Positions 36,746 to 47,404 of a stretch of 64,000 nucleotides of DNA are shown piece by piece; position 1 is the stretch's first letter; each line of letters opens with the position of its first letter. The notes beneath the pieces were generated by a model. It searched no databases. It was not told where the DNA came from and saw only the letters and a program-made list of their open reading frames with translations. The position numbers were made by a program, and so were the translations under genes. This DNA is from an uncultured virus (IMG/VR IMGVR_UViG_3300037067_017589) (taxonomy: Duplodnaviria > Heunggongvirae > Uroviricota > Caudoviricetes), in the IMG/VR virus record IMGVR_UViG_3300037067_017589. One strand, given 5' to 3'.

Positions 36746-36771
36746 ATGGATAATTTGGTATATCTGGTGAT

Positions 36772-38382
36772 ATGATATGTACATCACCAATTAAAATTTG
36801 GACATTTGATAGTTCACTTCATGGGGTTAAAACAGTTATAGCTCATGGAGATGGATATTCTATTTCTTTAGAATGGTATAGATCTTATATTTCGCCATCA
36901 AATTGGGATTTGGTTTATAATATTTATTTTTCATCAATAAAAGAAAGTATTTTTACAGAAGGTGTAAAATTTGTAGCACCAAATAATATTTTATCTATGA
37001 TGATACAAGATGGTTTTACACCTGGTAGTATTTATTATTTTGCTGTTCGTGCATCTGGTCATGAGCCTGAAACTTTAAGATGTAATGAGCTTCCTAACAT
37101 AAATGGGTTTTACATATATCCGGAAGCTGCTTTAAGATATAATATTTCAGCTACAGATCTTATAATTCCACTTAATGATGCTGATGGATTTCCTTCTACT
37201 GGAATTGTTTTAATAGGGGCAGAACCAATTTATTATTCTTCGGTTGATTATGTAAATGGATATTTAATTTTAGATGGTTATGATCAACGTGGAGTTTATG
37301 GATACGAACCTAGAAGTCATACAATTGATGGATATGATGGTTATCATTATTCTGATGGAATTGTTCGTCTTTGGAAAGGTTTTGAAGATGGAAATAATGT
37401 AATAGGTTTGGATGAAAATAAATTTGAATTTCAATATGCACGAACAATAGTAGATGGTTATAGAGAACGTGTAGATATTTTAACTGGAAATAGTAATTTA
37501 GCAGTAGTAGATGCTGCCAATTCAGATTTTCCAAAATATGATAATACTGGTTGGGATCGTAACAGTGTATCAGATTATATTGCAGGAAGATGTATTGGTA
37601 CATATTTCGGAGGGGAGCTTGGTTGTGCCGATGGAGAATGGGGTGTTGGTAATGCTATTCGTGGCATTGGTGTTCAAGAACATATGAATATGAGAGAAGA
37701 ATATTTACTTGAAAATACTGGTGAACCAGTTGTTTTGTTTAGAAGAAAATGGGAAGGTAAACAATCACAACATTATGATTCTACTAGAGAAAATACAACT
37801 TACCGTGGATTAGATAATTATGGTACGTCTATGGTAAATGGATATGATCAATATTATAATTCACGAAGAAGTGATGGGAAAATTCTTGTACGTTTTGGAC
37901 CTACAACAGAAGATCTTAAGAGAGAAGATCCTGGTATTGAAAATACTTATATTCCAAAGTGTTGGACATTAGTTACACCATCAGTTCAAGATGGTGATTT
38001 TATAATTAGATTTAATAAAGATGGTTCTGAAGAATGGAGATATGAAATTATAGATGTTGAGAGAAATAGAACATTATTAGAAGATTCTGGTTTACAAAAA
38101 TTTACAGCTATAAGAGTGCGTAAGACAGATCCTATTTATCAAGTTCGTTCTTTTAGAGATACTAGTACAATGCCATCAGAAATACTTACAACTATTGGTA
38201 TGATGTTAGGGCCTAATGGTATTTTAATTCCACATATGCATCGTGTAAAAATTTCTGAGAAAATTATTAATATTTCTCAAATAAATCAGATAACGAGTAG
38301 TGAACAAGGTCATGGACATGCTGTTGTAAATGGAATTGTAATAGATTTATTTTCTCATAGTCATCAAATTATTATGCCTTAA
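36772..38382 (+). CDS. Putative virion structural protein (Fn3-like N-terminus; neck/head-closure-like C-terminus)
   Basis: YNIY...GSIYYFAVRA Fn3 signature, GEPVVLFRR, WTL..P.VQDGDFIIR; 5 DGY motifs. Confidence 0.55.
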   Translation: MICTSPIKIWTFDSSLHGVKTVIAHGDGYSISLEWYRSYISPSNWDLVYNIYFSSIKESIFTEGVKFVAPNNILSMMIQDGFTPGSIYYFAVRASGHEPETLRCNELPNINGFYIYPEAALRYNISATDLIIPLNDADGFPSTGIVLIGAEPIYYSSVDYVNGYLILDGYDQRGVYGYEPRSHTIDGYDGYHYSDGIVRLWKGFEDGNNVIGLDENKFEFQYARTIVDGYRERVDILTGNSNLAVVDAANSDFPKYDNTGWDRNSVSDYIAGRCIGTYFGGELGCADGEWGVGNAIRGIGVQEHMNMREEYLLENTGEPVVLFRRKWEGKQSQHYDSTRENTTYRGLDNYGTSMVNGYDQYYNSRRSDGKILVRFGPTTEDLKREDPGIENTYIPKCWTLVTPSVQDGDFIIRFNKDGSEEWRYEIIDVERNRTLLEDSGLQKFTAIRVRKTDPIYQVRSFRDTSTMPSEILTTIGMMLGPNGILIPHMHRVKISEKIINISQINQITSSEQGHGHAVVNGIVIDLFSHSHQIIMP

Positions 38383-38410
38383 GAAACCTGTAATATTGGA
38401 GTATTAGAAT

Positions 38411-41383
38411 ATGGTCAGAACTAGATTTATTGGAAGTGGACGTGAACGAGAAGGTGGGTATTCAGCTACTCATAATCAGAATTTCGTTGCACATTATAAT
38501 GGTGGTGATTTTAGACATGATGCTACTCAAATAGATTTAAATCCTGTACTTCCTGAATTTACATCGACAACATTACAAGGAACATTAGAAGAATTAGCTT
38601 TTAGTGGTCTTAATGGTGGTTTTATTACTATTGGAGATGGTTATAATACTCTTCCAAAAGAAGATTTATATTATGCATTTCAATGGGCTTTTGCCAGAAT
38701 TAGAATCAATGGTATTGGTGGAATTATTGTAATTAAACCTGGTGATTATATTTTAAGAAAAACCGTTGAGGTTCCTAAAGGTATTACTATTTGGGGAGAA
38801 CCAGGTGGAGCTAGAATAGTATCAGAAGTTATTAATGGTCCAGCTTTTAAATTTTTATATTCAGAAGATATTGAAAATCTTGGTATACATGGTCTTGAAA
38901 CAATAATATCTACAAAAATGAGTAGACTTTGGAATATAACCATATTTGATAATAAAGACGGAAATGTAAATAGTGGAGCACCTTCTTGGACTAATGGACA
39001 ATTAATACAAATGGACGAAGGGTGCGAATTATTATTAGAAAATGTTACAATTATTGGTCGCGTATATGGTGGAATAACAACTCGTTATGGTATAAGAGTT
39101 GTTACACCTGTTTCACCAGCACCTGTTAGTACTCCAACAATTCTTCATTTAAATAAATGTTATATTGATGGTGTTAGTACAGCTATAAGATTTGCACCAA
39201 CTAATGAACCTCATTTATCAGAATTACGTGTAGAAAATTGCAGGGTAAGGACTATAACAACAACAAATACTGGTTATTTTATTTCAACTTGTATTGGTAA
39301 AATTTTTATTCATAATAATTATTATTTTGCATATACTTTAACAGGGTATACAAAATATGGATATTTTTTAAATCTGATAGCGCAAGCTGTACCAGTTGAA
39401 AATGCATTTGTTAGTTTGATTGGAAATAAAGGTAGTATTTTTATAACTGATAATCCTGATTCAAATGAATTAATGTCTCGTACTAATTATATTCTTGATT
39501 CAAGGGTTGTTAAATGGGCTTTTATATTATCTGATGTAGGAAATTTTTGGGGATCAGTTAAAAGTAATCCATGGTATATTACAATAGGTGATGGTATACA
39601 TTCAACTGGTGATTTTACAGGAACAGATTCTCTTGAATTAGTTAATTCTTTAATAAATACAACCGCGCTTGGTATTTCAAGTATAGATGAAAATTATCTT
39701 AGTAGTAGGGGTGAACAGATTATTATTGTTAATCCTGGAACATATACTGTTAATACTCAACTTAAAGTTGGAAAAATTATTGGAAATATTAGTACTAGTA
39801 GTACATATGGAACAAGTCGTAAAGTTATTATTCAATTAAATTCTGATATTCAAAATTTAACTTCTGGAGTTTATACTAATTATATTGGTAAAGCAGAAAA
39901 TATTGAATTTGTAGCAATTAATCATCCTCAACAAATTATTTCTAATTTACAAGATGTTCAAGATTATAATATTTTCAAAAATGTTTCATTTATTAATTGT
40001 ACTGTAGGTATTGAAAATACAAAAAGTGCCATTGTAGAAAATTGTAGATTTGAACAAACCGGAGTATTTAGTGATATTGTTAATTTAGATATATTATCAA
40101 GTTCTTGCTATGTTTTAAATTGTTATTTTAATGGTTATGGTTATGGTTTTAGAGTTAACAATGTTAATGCTTATGTATCTTTAGAAAATTGTATATTTAA
40201 TCTAACCGCTAGTGGAATAAGAACAAAATCAGCTATTACAAATCAAAAAAGTTATATTTTTATAAATGCTTATAACGTATTTATAGATAATATAAATATA
40301 AACAGTCCACAAGTATTAGTATCTGCTAGTTTATTAAATTCTGTAAATTATTATAAATATCACACTAATATTACAGGTACAAATTCTTTAGTAATTAATA
40401 ATAGTAATATTTCTGGACCAGATCAAAAAGGTTTATATGTAACAGGTGATTTTTTACATTCAATTATTTGTTGTTATTTATCATCTGAAAAATTAATAGA
40501 ATTAAATAACAACAAAATAATTGGTGGAATTCCTGTTTATATTTATGATTTTAGTGTTAGTAGTGGTTCTGGAATTATTGGTGGTAAAATTAATATACAT
40601 GGAAATGAAATTAGACATCATGATATTCCAACTAATGGTATAAGTAATGTATTATGTATAAAAACATCTACTGCAGGATATTCTAATCATACAATGTGTG
40701 TTGGCAGTGTTCTTTCTGATGAAGAAGGTCAAATATCTTCTTCATCTATTAATATTTCTGATAATAAATTTATTGGAGTTTTAACAGGAACGAATGTAAG
40801 ACCAATTGATGTAAGGTCTGAATATGGAACTTTAATTGGGTGTTTGGTAAATATAATGGCACCTGGTTGGAATGTTAATTTTAATTCAAATGATGTAAAT
40901 TATTCATGTCATGATTATACTCTTGTATATCCTAATGGCACTGCTATGACTGTTAATATAATAAGTGCCCTAGGAATAAATACTTATTATGCGGGTATAT
41001 ATTCTATAGTAAAAGTTATAAATAATACTATAGAACATAGAAACACTGGAATACTTACACAATATCATTGTGCAACATCTATAGTAACTAGTGGTATTGC
41101 AAATATAAATAGTAATATGATTTTATCATGGTATTGTAATGTTGGTACTTTAGCAAATAATTTTATTCAACTTAATGCTACAATGAATGGTAGTTTAATT
41201 TGTGGAAATTCTTTTAATTCTAATTATAAAGTTTCTATGACTGAACCAATTTTTGTAGTAGGTGGACATGGTATAGTCTCATCAAATTGGTTTGATATTG
41301 ATGATGAAACAATAATTTTAGATGGGTCAGGAGCTAGTGATTGGATTTTAACATCAGAGAATTATGGTAATTATGATTTTTAA
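38411..41383 (+). CDS. Right-handed beta-helix tailspike-like protein
   Basis: GGIIVIKPGDY...V.VPKGITIWGE lead-in (twice) and Asn-rich I.NN.I repeats. Confidence 0.65.
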   Translation: MVRTRFIGSGREREGGYSATHNQNFVAHYNGGDFRHDATQIDLNPVLPEFTSTTLQGTLEELAFSGLNGGFITIGDGYNTLPKEDLYYAFQWAFARIRINGIGGIIVIKPGDYILRKTVEVPKGITIWGEPGGARIVSEVINGPAFKFLYSEDIENLGIHGLETIISTKMSRLWNITIFDNKDGNVNSGAPSWTNGQLIQMDEGCELLLENVTIIGRVYGGITTRYGIRVVTPVSPAPVSTPTILHLNKCYIDGVSTAIRFAPTNEPHLSELRVENCRVRTITTTNTGYFISTCIGKIFIHNNYYFAYTLTGYTKYGYFLNLIAQAVPVENAFVSLIGNKGSIFITDNPDSNELMSRTNYILDSRVVKWAFILSDVGNFWGSVKSNPWYITIGDGIHSTGDFTGTDSLELVNSLINTTALGISSIDENYLSSRGEQIIIVNPGTYTVNTQLKVGKIIGNISTSSTYGTSRKVIIQLNSDIQNLTSGVYTNYIGKAENIEFVAINHPQQIISNLQDVQDYNIFKNVSFINCTVGIENTKSAIVENCRFEQTGVFSDIVNLDILSSSCYVLNCYFNGYGYGFRVNNVNAYVSLENCIFNLTASGIRTKSAITNQKSYIFINAYNVFIDNININSPQVLVSASLLNSVNYYKYHTNITGTNSLVINNSNISGPDQKGLYVTGDFLHSIICCYLSSEKLIELNNNKIIGGIPVYIYDFSVSSGSGIIGGKINIHGNEIRHHDIPTNGISNVLCIKTSTAGYSNHTMCVGSVLSDEEGQISSSSINISDNKFIGVLTGTNVRPIDVRSEYGTLIGCLVNIMAPGWNVNFNSNDVNYSCHDYTLVYPNGTAMTVNIISALGINTYYAGIYSIVKVINNTIEHRNTGILTQYHCATSIVTSGIANINSNMILSWYCNVGTLANNFIQLNATMNGSLICGNSFNSNYKVSMTEPIFVVGGHGIVSSNWFDIDDETIILDGSGASDWILTSENYGNYDF

Positions 41384-41398
41384 TATAGTAGGTGATTT

Positions 41399-41827
41399 AT
41401 GGAACAAACATTTTTAAATATTTTTACAACATCTGTTTTTATTTTCTCACTTGTAATTGCTATTATGGTTTTGATTTTAAGAAGAATAGTAGAAACAATA
41501 ATAAAGAAAATATCTTTTATAATTCCTGATAAATTAGAAAATCATATAATATTTTTTTGGAGAGAATGGATATTAAGAGGTCTTCCACTTTTAGTTGGTG
41601 GTTTGTTAGCATATCTTCTTAAAGATTATCCATTTCCAGAAGAATTTGTATCTAGTGATTCGGCGCGTACATTTGTAGGTATTATTGCTGGTTTAGCTAG
41701 TAGTAAAATTTATGGATTTGCTAAAAAATCTATCGATCAATATTTACCAAATTCAATTAAAGAAAAAATTAATAATGTAAACATATTAAAAAATGATATT
41801 ACAGAAAATGTAGAAGAAAAAGAGTAA
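41399..41827 (+). CDS. Small membrane protein (holin-like)
   Basis: Three hydrophobic segments and a charged C-terminal tail. Confidence 0.5.
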   Translation: MEQTFLNIFTTSVFIFSLVIAIMVLILRRIVETIIKKISFIIPDKLENHIIFFWREWILRGLPLLVGGLLAYLLKDYPFPEEFVSSDSARTFVGIIAGLASSKIYGFAKKSIDQYLPNSIKEKINNVNILKNDITENVEEKE

Positions 41828-41843
41828 TTAAAAAGGAACGTAA

Positions 41844-44800
41844 ATGACAACTTATCCTTCAGCAATTGATAATGATGTAAGTGTAGTTAGGATTGATGAT
41901 AATTTATCTGAACTTGGAACTACTGCAATAAACCAATTAAGACAAGCTGTTTTTTCTATTGAAAAAACAATTGGTATAAATGTGCAAGGTTCAAAAACAA
42001 ATTTAAATGATCGTATTTCTGTTTTTATCAATGCTGATGGAACTCCTAATTTAACTGGTTTAGGATTACCGACATTTCCAATTGATAATAATCAAATTGC
42101 AACAAATGCAAATATAATAGAATCAAAACTTAAACTTGATTTTGGAACTTCAAGTTTAAATAATAGAATAGAAACTTTAGTAAGTTCTATTTCTTCTATT
42201 CAATTAAGTTTATTAAATCTTAATCTAAATATTATAGGACATATAGCAGGAACTTCATCTAATCATAATGCTAGTGCTATTATGTTAGATGGTGGTTTAT
42301 ATACTTTATATGAAAAAGATGGAACTCCAAGACCATCGGTTAATGTAGCATCTGCATTAGTAGAAATTAATAACGAATTAATTGGTCATGAAAATGAAAT
42401 AACAAATGCTCATGTAGCTAGCGCTATTGAAGTTGATTCTTCAGAATTTTTAGAAATTCCAGTAGATAAAACAAATGTACAATCTGTATTTAATTATTTA
42501 GATCAAAGAGAAACATTATCAGCTGGTCTTGATAGAGCTACATTACATTCAAATGGAATTTGTCGTACTGCTAGAAATGATAATTTATCTGGTGATGGAT
42601 ATGGAATGAATGTTGTTCCATTAACATCAGTATATGTTTATTTAGCAATGCCAGATCAAACAGATCCAAATGACACAATAGCTAATGGTGATGATATTGT
42701 TGAATTTATACCATCTCAAGAAGATATTGATAGTTATTCTTTTGATGAAAAATTTGGACGTGTTTTAGTTGGTGATATTGTACGTATAACATATCCAGTT
42801 TGGTCTGGATATGATGGTTATATTTGGGATGAAGGAGAAGATGGATATATTTGGCAGGATGGATATTCGTATGTATCTGAAGATTTTCCAATTAAATCAG
42901 TTTCTCATGAATTTGTACCTGAAAGAAAATGGGTAGTAAGAATTAATGCATATAATTTGGTAAATGTTATAGATGGATATGCACGTGCAAGAATTGATAA
43001 GTCTAAATTTGATACAAATACATGGGGTGTATTTGTAGCTGCTGGGGCATATCAAAATATATTTCCTGTTCTTCCAGGAATTTCACCATATCCTGATGGA
43101 ATTATTTTAGGTAATCCAAGAGGAGCTGTTGCTGTTGGATTAGGGTTTGATCCTGGCCAATTAGATTCTACTCATTATAATCTTTATTTAAGATTATATT
43201 TAGATACTACATTAACATCATTTTCAAATTTGCCACCTATAGATGTTACAGGAGATGCAGGAGCTAGTTGTGGAAAATATACAATAGATAGAGTTGTTGA
43301 AGAAACAAACAAAGCATTTAGAGCCGCTGGTTATAATTACAGATTTATTGCTTTTAATCAAAAGGGTGAATTTGGTATAATGTTAGCAGATTTTTATAAT
43401 GAATCTTCTTTTTCTATTATAAATGGTGTTGTTAGTGGTGATACAATAATTCCATCTATTTATACACAAAATGTTATTGGGGATGCGTATGATGGCAATG
43501 ATCCATTAGGATTGGGTTTATCAAGAGCTGGTTTTGCATCTCCTATAAATACAACTTCGTATTCAGGACCACAATCAGCTTCTAATTTATCAACGTTTAT
43601 AATTAAACCAGTAAAATATCGTTATGCTGTTATTAATGGAACAAGAAGGGATTTAGTTGGTTCTAAAAACTTTGTACAAGGTGATGGATATTTATTAGCA
43701 GTAGTTAATGATGTAAATATTGTTGATGGATCTCAAGTTGTCCAATATGAAATTAATGCAGATTTAAGATCTGAAGGTTTAAAACCTGGTAAAACAATTG
43801 TTATACAATCAATAAATCAAAATGACCCAAGTATTATTGGATATGGAAGATTTATTATTGGTAAAGTATCTTATAATGCTCCTTGTGATATTGTACAAAC
43901 TACAACTATAAGTGTTATAAATGGTGTTCATTCTGATGATATAGATATAGCTTTAGGAGCAACATCTTCAATAGGAGATATTGTAAGAATTTATTTCTCA
44001 GACGATTCTGTTGGTTTTAATACTACACAACTTGTAAATGTTCCTGGTGATTATCATAGATATCATGAAATATTTATTAATAATGAAGGTCATACATTTG
44101 GAATAGAACGTGCAAGAATTTTAAAAAGCACTCAAACCGTTATATTATTTGATACATTAAAAGATAATTGGAGAATACGTAATGTATCTAAAAAAATAAT
44201 AGGATATCAAACAGATCCTTCTATATATAGATATTTTGTTAGATTATGTCTTAGAAATTATAATTCATCTACAGGTGAGTTTGATGGTTATATAGGTGAA
44301 CCAAATGGCACTTCTAATTTAATAAATATTGGACCTATTACTAAAGGTACAAAAGACAATGTATTAAGATTCTATGATAATACATATATAAATTATATTG
44401 ATATTGAATATCGTGAAGATACCATTAATCCTGGAACTATTGTATGTACTACAGAACCAAGAATTATAGATATTGAAATTTTTCCAACAGCTTCAAAAAA
44501 TGATGAATATTTCTTAATTGCAGGTGTAAGTCATAGTAGTAATCATGTTATGTCTATTACTGATTTAAGAGAATTTGGAACGGTATCAGAAACGAACCTA
44601 TCAGATTCTGCTATTGAATTTATACAATCTGGTGAACGTTATTTACATGCTAATGGTATTGTACGTGGATTCGAATATAAGGGTGTTGGTACAGGATCTA
44701 CTGGGAGATCTCTTTTAACATTCTCAGGTGGTTTAGCATTAGTAAATGGTTCATTTGTACCAATGGATTCTTACAGTGTAAAATTACCAGAAATTAAATC

Positions 44801-46460
44801 TAGTATTAGTGATACTGTAGAATATTTTATTTGTATTACTAAAACAGGTCAATTAAAAGCAATAGTTAAAGATGTAGGTGTTCAATTCTTTACAACTTCT
44901 GGCACTCAATATTTTATTGAAACTTTAAGTTTTAAAGATATTATTGATACTAGAAAAGATTTAACAATCATAGCTAAAGTTATAGCTGATTTAACTAGTA
45001 CTTTTATATTAGAATCAGTTACTGATGCTCGTAGATTTATAACAAATCAAGATTTAGGATCTTTTACATGGTGTAATTGTGATGAAACAGATGGATATAA
45101 TGCAAACTTTATAACAGTTGATTCTTTATGTAACTGGGTTAATGAATATGGACTTACTCAAGTTAAAGTAAAATATGTTAAAGTTAATGATACAGAAATA
45201 TATTTATCTTTTGATAATTATGTAGAATTAATTGGTGGAACTTATGAATTAAATAGTAACATTGGTTTGGTTTTTACTAAAGGAAATTGCAAGATTAAAG
45301 ATGCAAAAGTATTTTATACACCAAGTACAACTCTTAGTTCAATAAATATTTTTGGTTTGAATTATAATTATGGAGCATTTGTTGCAAAAAGTATTATTAC
45401 TCCTGCTACAAATATAGAAAATTTTATAATTGAAAACTCACATTTTTATAGTTTACAAAGCACTCCAAGACCACCATTTGTTTCATGTTTTGGAACTACG
45501 AATACTTTTAAAAATATAACTTTTAGTGGAAATATTTTACAAGATTCATCAGATTATGCAAAAAAGAGTTTAGCATATGCTTTTATAAATATTAATGGTG
45601 CAGGATCTTTGAATTATCCTACAATGTCTAATATTATAATTGAAGATACAAAGATAGATGGTTATCAAGGATTATTAATATCAGGACATGCTACTACTTC
45701 TGGTAATGGTTGGATTAATCCTACATATTGTAATATTGAAAATTGTGTTATTCGTAATAATCAATTAGGTTTAATTGGATTTAATATAATAAATAATTCA
45801 TTAAATAATCAAATACACATATTAGATAATCAATCCAAAGTAATTATAAGTGGTATATTTGCTACTATAAATAGTTATGGAAAATATGCCGACTCAATTG
45901 ATTATTATGAAGAAATTTATGGAGCAGAATATATTATCAGAGGAAATACAGTTGAATTTATGAAAATAAATTCTGTTGAATATAATTGTATTATTTCGGA
46001 AAATACATTTGTTGTACATGATAGCATATTATTTAATCAAATAGTTACAACTTCAACCACAAAGAGATATGCATTAGTTGTTATTGGAAATAATCCAACA
46101 TATAATAATCAAATTATTTGTGCAAATAATATTATAAATGGTAATTCAAATACTTCATTACAATATCTTTATGCAATGTATATTATTGGAAGTTTATCTA
46201 TTACTGGAAATAAATGCAATAATATTTTACATGGTATTTATGCATCAGTTAAAACAAATAATAATTTAATAATTGGAAATACATTAAAATCAATTAATAT
46301 AACTGGTTTAACAAGACCTATATATGTATTAGGTGATGGTCATGGATTTATTTCTACAAATTGGTTTGATGTTTCTGATAGAAATAATATTATATCTGGT
46401 ACATATCCAGAAAATTGGATTGTATCTTCAGAAAACTTTGGTACTTTTGATTATCCATAA
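41844..46460 (+). CDS. Large virion structural protein with a C-terminal beta-helix
   Basis: 1538 aa; H.ASAI fibre motifs, 9 DGY motifs, and a C-terminus homologous to that of the 38411 protein. Confidence 0.65.
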   Translation: MTTYPSAIDNDVSVVRIDDNLSELGTTAINQLRQAVFSIEKTIGINVQGSKTNLNDRISVFINADGTPNLTGLGLPTFPIDNNQIATNANIIESKLKLDFGTSSLNNRIETLVSSISSIQLSLLNLNLNIIGHIAGTSSNHNASAIMLDGGLYTLYEKDGTPRPSVNVASALVEINNELIGHENEITNAHVASAIEVDSSEFLEIPVDKTNVQSVFNYLDQRETLSAGLDRATLHSNGICRTARNDNLSGDGYGMNVVPLTSVYVYLAMPDQTDPNDTIANGDDIVEFIPSQEDIDSYSFDEKFGRVLVGDIVRITYPVWSGYDGYIWDEGEDGYIWQDGYSYVSEDFPIKSVSHEFVPERKWVVRINAYNLVNVIDGYARARIDKSKFDTNTWGVFVAAGAYQNIFPVLPGISPYPDGIILGNPRGAVAVGLGFDPGQLDSTHYNLYLRLYLDTTLTSFSNLPPIDVTGDAGASCGKYTIDRVVEETNKAFRAAGYNYRFIAFNQKGEFGIMLADFYNESSFSIINGVVSGDTIIPSIYTQNVIGDAYDGNDPLGLGLSRAGFASPINTTSYSGPQSASNLSTFIIKPVKYRYAVINGTRRDLVGSKNFVQGDGYLLAVVNDVNIVDGSQVVQYEINADLRSEGLKPGKTIVIQSINQNDPSIIGYGRFIIGKVSYNAPCDIVQTTTISVINGVHSDDIDIALGATSSIGDIVRIYFSDDSVGFNTTQLVNVPGDYHRYHEIFINNEGHTFGIERARILKSTQTVILFDTLKDNWRIRNVSKKIIGYQTDPSIYRYFVRLCLRNYNSSTGEFDGYIGEPNGTSNLINIGPITKGTKDNVLRFYDNTYINYIDIEYREDTINPGTIVCTTEPRIIDIEIFPTASKNDEYFLIAGVSHSSNHVMSITDLREFGTVSETNLSDSAIEFIQSGERYLHANGIVRGFEYKGVGTGSTGRSLLTFSGGLALVNGSFVPMDSYSVKLPEIKSSISDTVEYFICITKTGQLKAIVKDVGVQFFTTSGTQYFIETLSFKDIIDTRKDLTIIAKVIADLTSTFILESVTDARRFITNQDLGSFTWCNCDETDGYNANFITVDSLCNWVNEYGLTQVKVKYVKVNDTEIYLSFDNYVELIGGTYELNSNIGLVFTKGNCKIKDAKVFYTPSTTLSSINIFGLNYNYGAFVAKSIITPATNIENFIIENSHFYSLQSTPRPPFVSCFGTTNTFKNITFSGNILQDSSDYAKKSLAYAFININGAGSLNYPTMSNIIIEDTKIDGYQGLLISGHATTSGNGWINPTYCNIENCVIRNNQLGLIGFNIINNSLNNQIHILDNQSKVIISGIFATINSYGKYADSIDYYEEIYGAEYIIRGNTVEFMKINSVEYNCIISENTFVVHDSILFNQIVTTSTTKRYALVVIGNNPTYNNQIICANNIINGNSNTSLQYLYAMYIIGSLSITGNKCNNILHGIYASVKTNNNLIIGNTLKSINITGLTRPIYVLGDGHGFISTNWFDVSDRNNIISGTYPENWIVSSENFGTFDYP

Positions 46461-46503
46461 AATATTAAACAATAATATATAAGCAATATTTTAGTATTAT
46501 TTT

Positions 46504-47319
46504 ATGACAACTCCAGGAACTGGAAATCTTGTAAGGCATGAACTGTACAATATACATAATGTTGTACAGAACGCGCTTACATCTTATCCTAAAGAATTAG
46601 TTATAGGAATCCTTAGGGAAGAGTTTGCTCAAGATACATATTATAGATATGTATCTGATGAATTTGGATTTCCAAAAGTAGTTGATATTACAGATTTACC
46701 ACAAGATGCTGGATATAATGATAATCTAACAACTAGAATTTATATTGGAGAAGCATGTCATTTTGATGCAATATTCTATCCTGCTATTTTGGTAAAAGTA
46801 TCATCTGCTAAATATGTTCCAATTTCAATGAATAGAAATAAAGATATAATTGAATATGAAAAATATTATATAGATGATGGATATGGAAATTTTAGATCAT
46901 ATTTTACTCCTAAATATATTGATTTATCAGGAGCTTGGGAAGGAACTTTAACAATAGATATATTAACAAGAGATATTTATTCTAGAGATAATCTTGTAGA
47001 TATTTTGATGTTAATGTTTGCTGATATAAGATTTGAAAGTTTTAGAAAGGCTGGTTTATTAATAAAATCTGGTCAACCAAGTCTTGGCGGAGTTTCCGAA
47101 GGTGAAGATCGTCAACAAGATAAACTTTATAAAGCTTCTATTAATGTTGATTTTCGTAGTGAGTGGAGAAGATTAATACCAATAGATGGAATAATTGAAA
47201 CAATAAATTTTTGTATAGATTTTAGAGCATTCAATACTACTGAATTTCAGAATATAATAGTTCCTGATTTAGAAATTAATCAAAAATTATCTCTTTTGGA
47301 TCAAATTGAAATTTTGTAA
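46504..47319 (+). CDS. Putative tail completion/terminator protein
   Basis: Lies just upstream of the sheath gene; YPAILV...TIDI.TR..YSRD.L.D pattern. Confidence 0.5.
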   Translation: MTTPGTGNLVRHELYNIHNVVQNALTSYPKELVIGILREEFAQDTYYRYVSDEFGFPKVVDITDLPQDAGYNDNLTTRIYIGEACHFDAIFYPAILVKVSSAKYVPISMNRNKDIIEYEKYYIDDGYGNFRSYFTPKYIDLSGAWEGTLTIDILTRDIYSRDNLVDILMLMFADIRFESFRKAGLLIKSGQPSLGGVSEGEDRQQDKLYKASINVDFRSEWRRLIPIDGIIETINFCIDFRAFNTTEFQNIIVPDLEINQKLSLLDQIEIL

Positions 47320-47404
47320 TGCATATCTACGTATTAGTTTATGCAAAGCTAATAGTAATAGTTTAACATATAATAAGGCAATAATAGCTTTGAGAGGATT
47401 ATAA

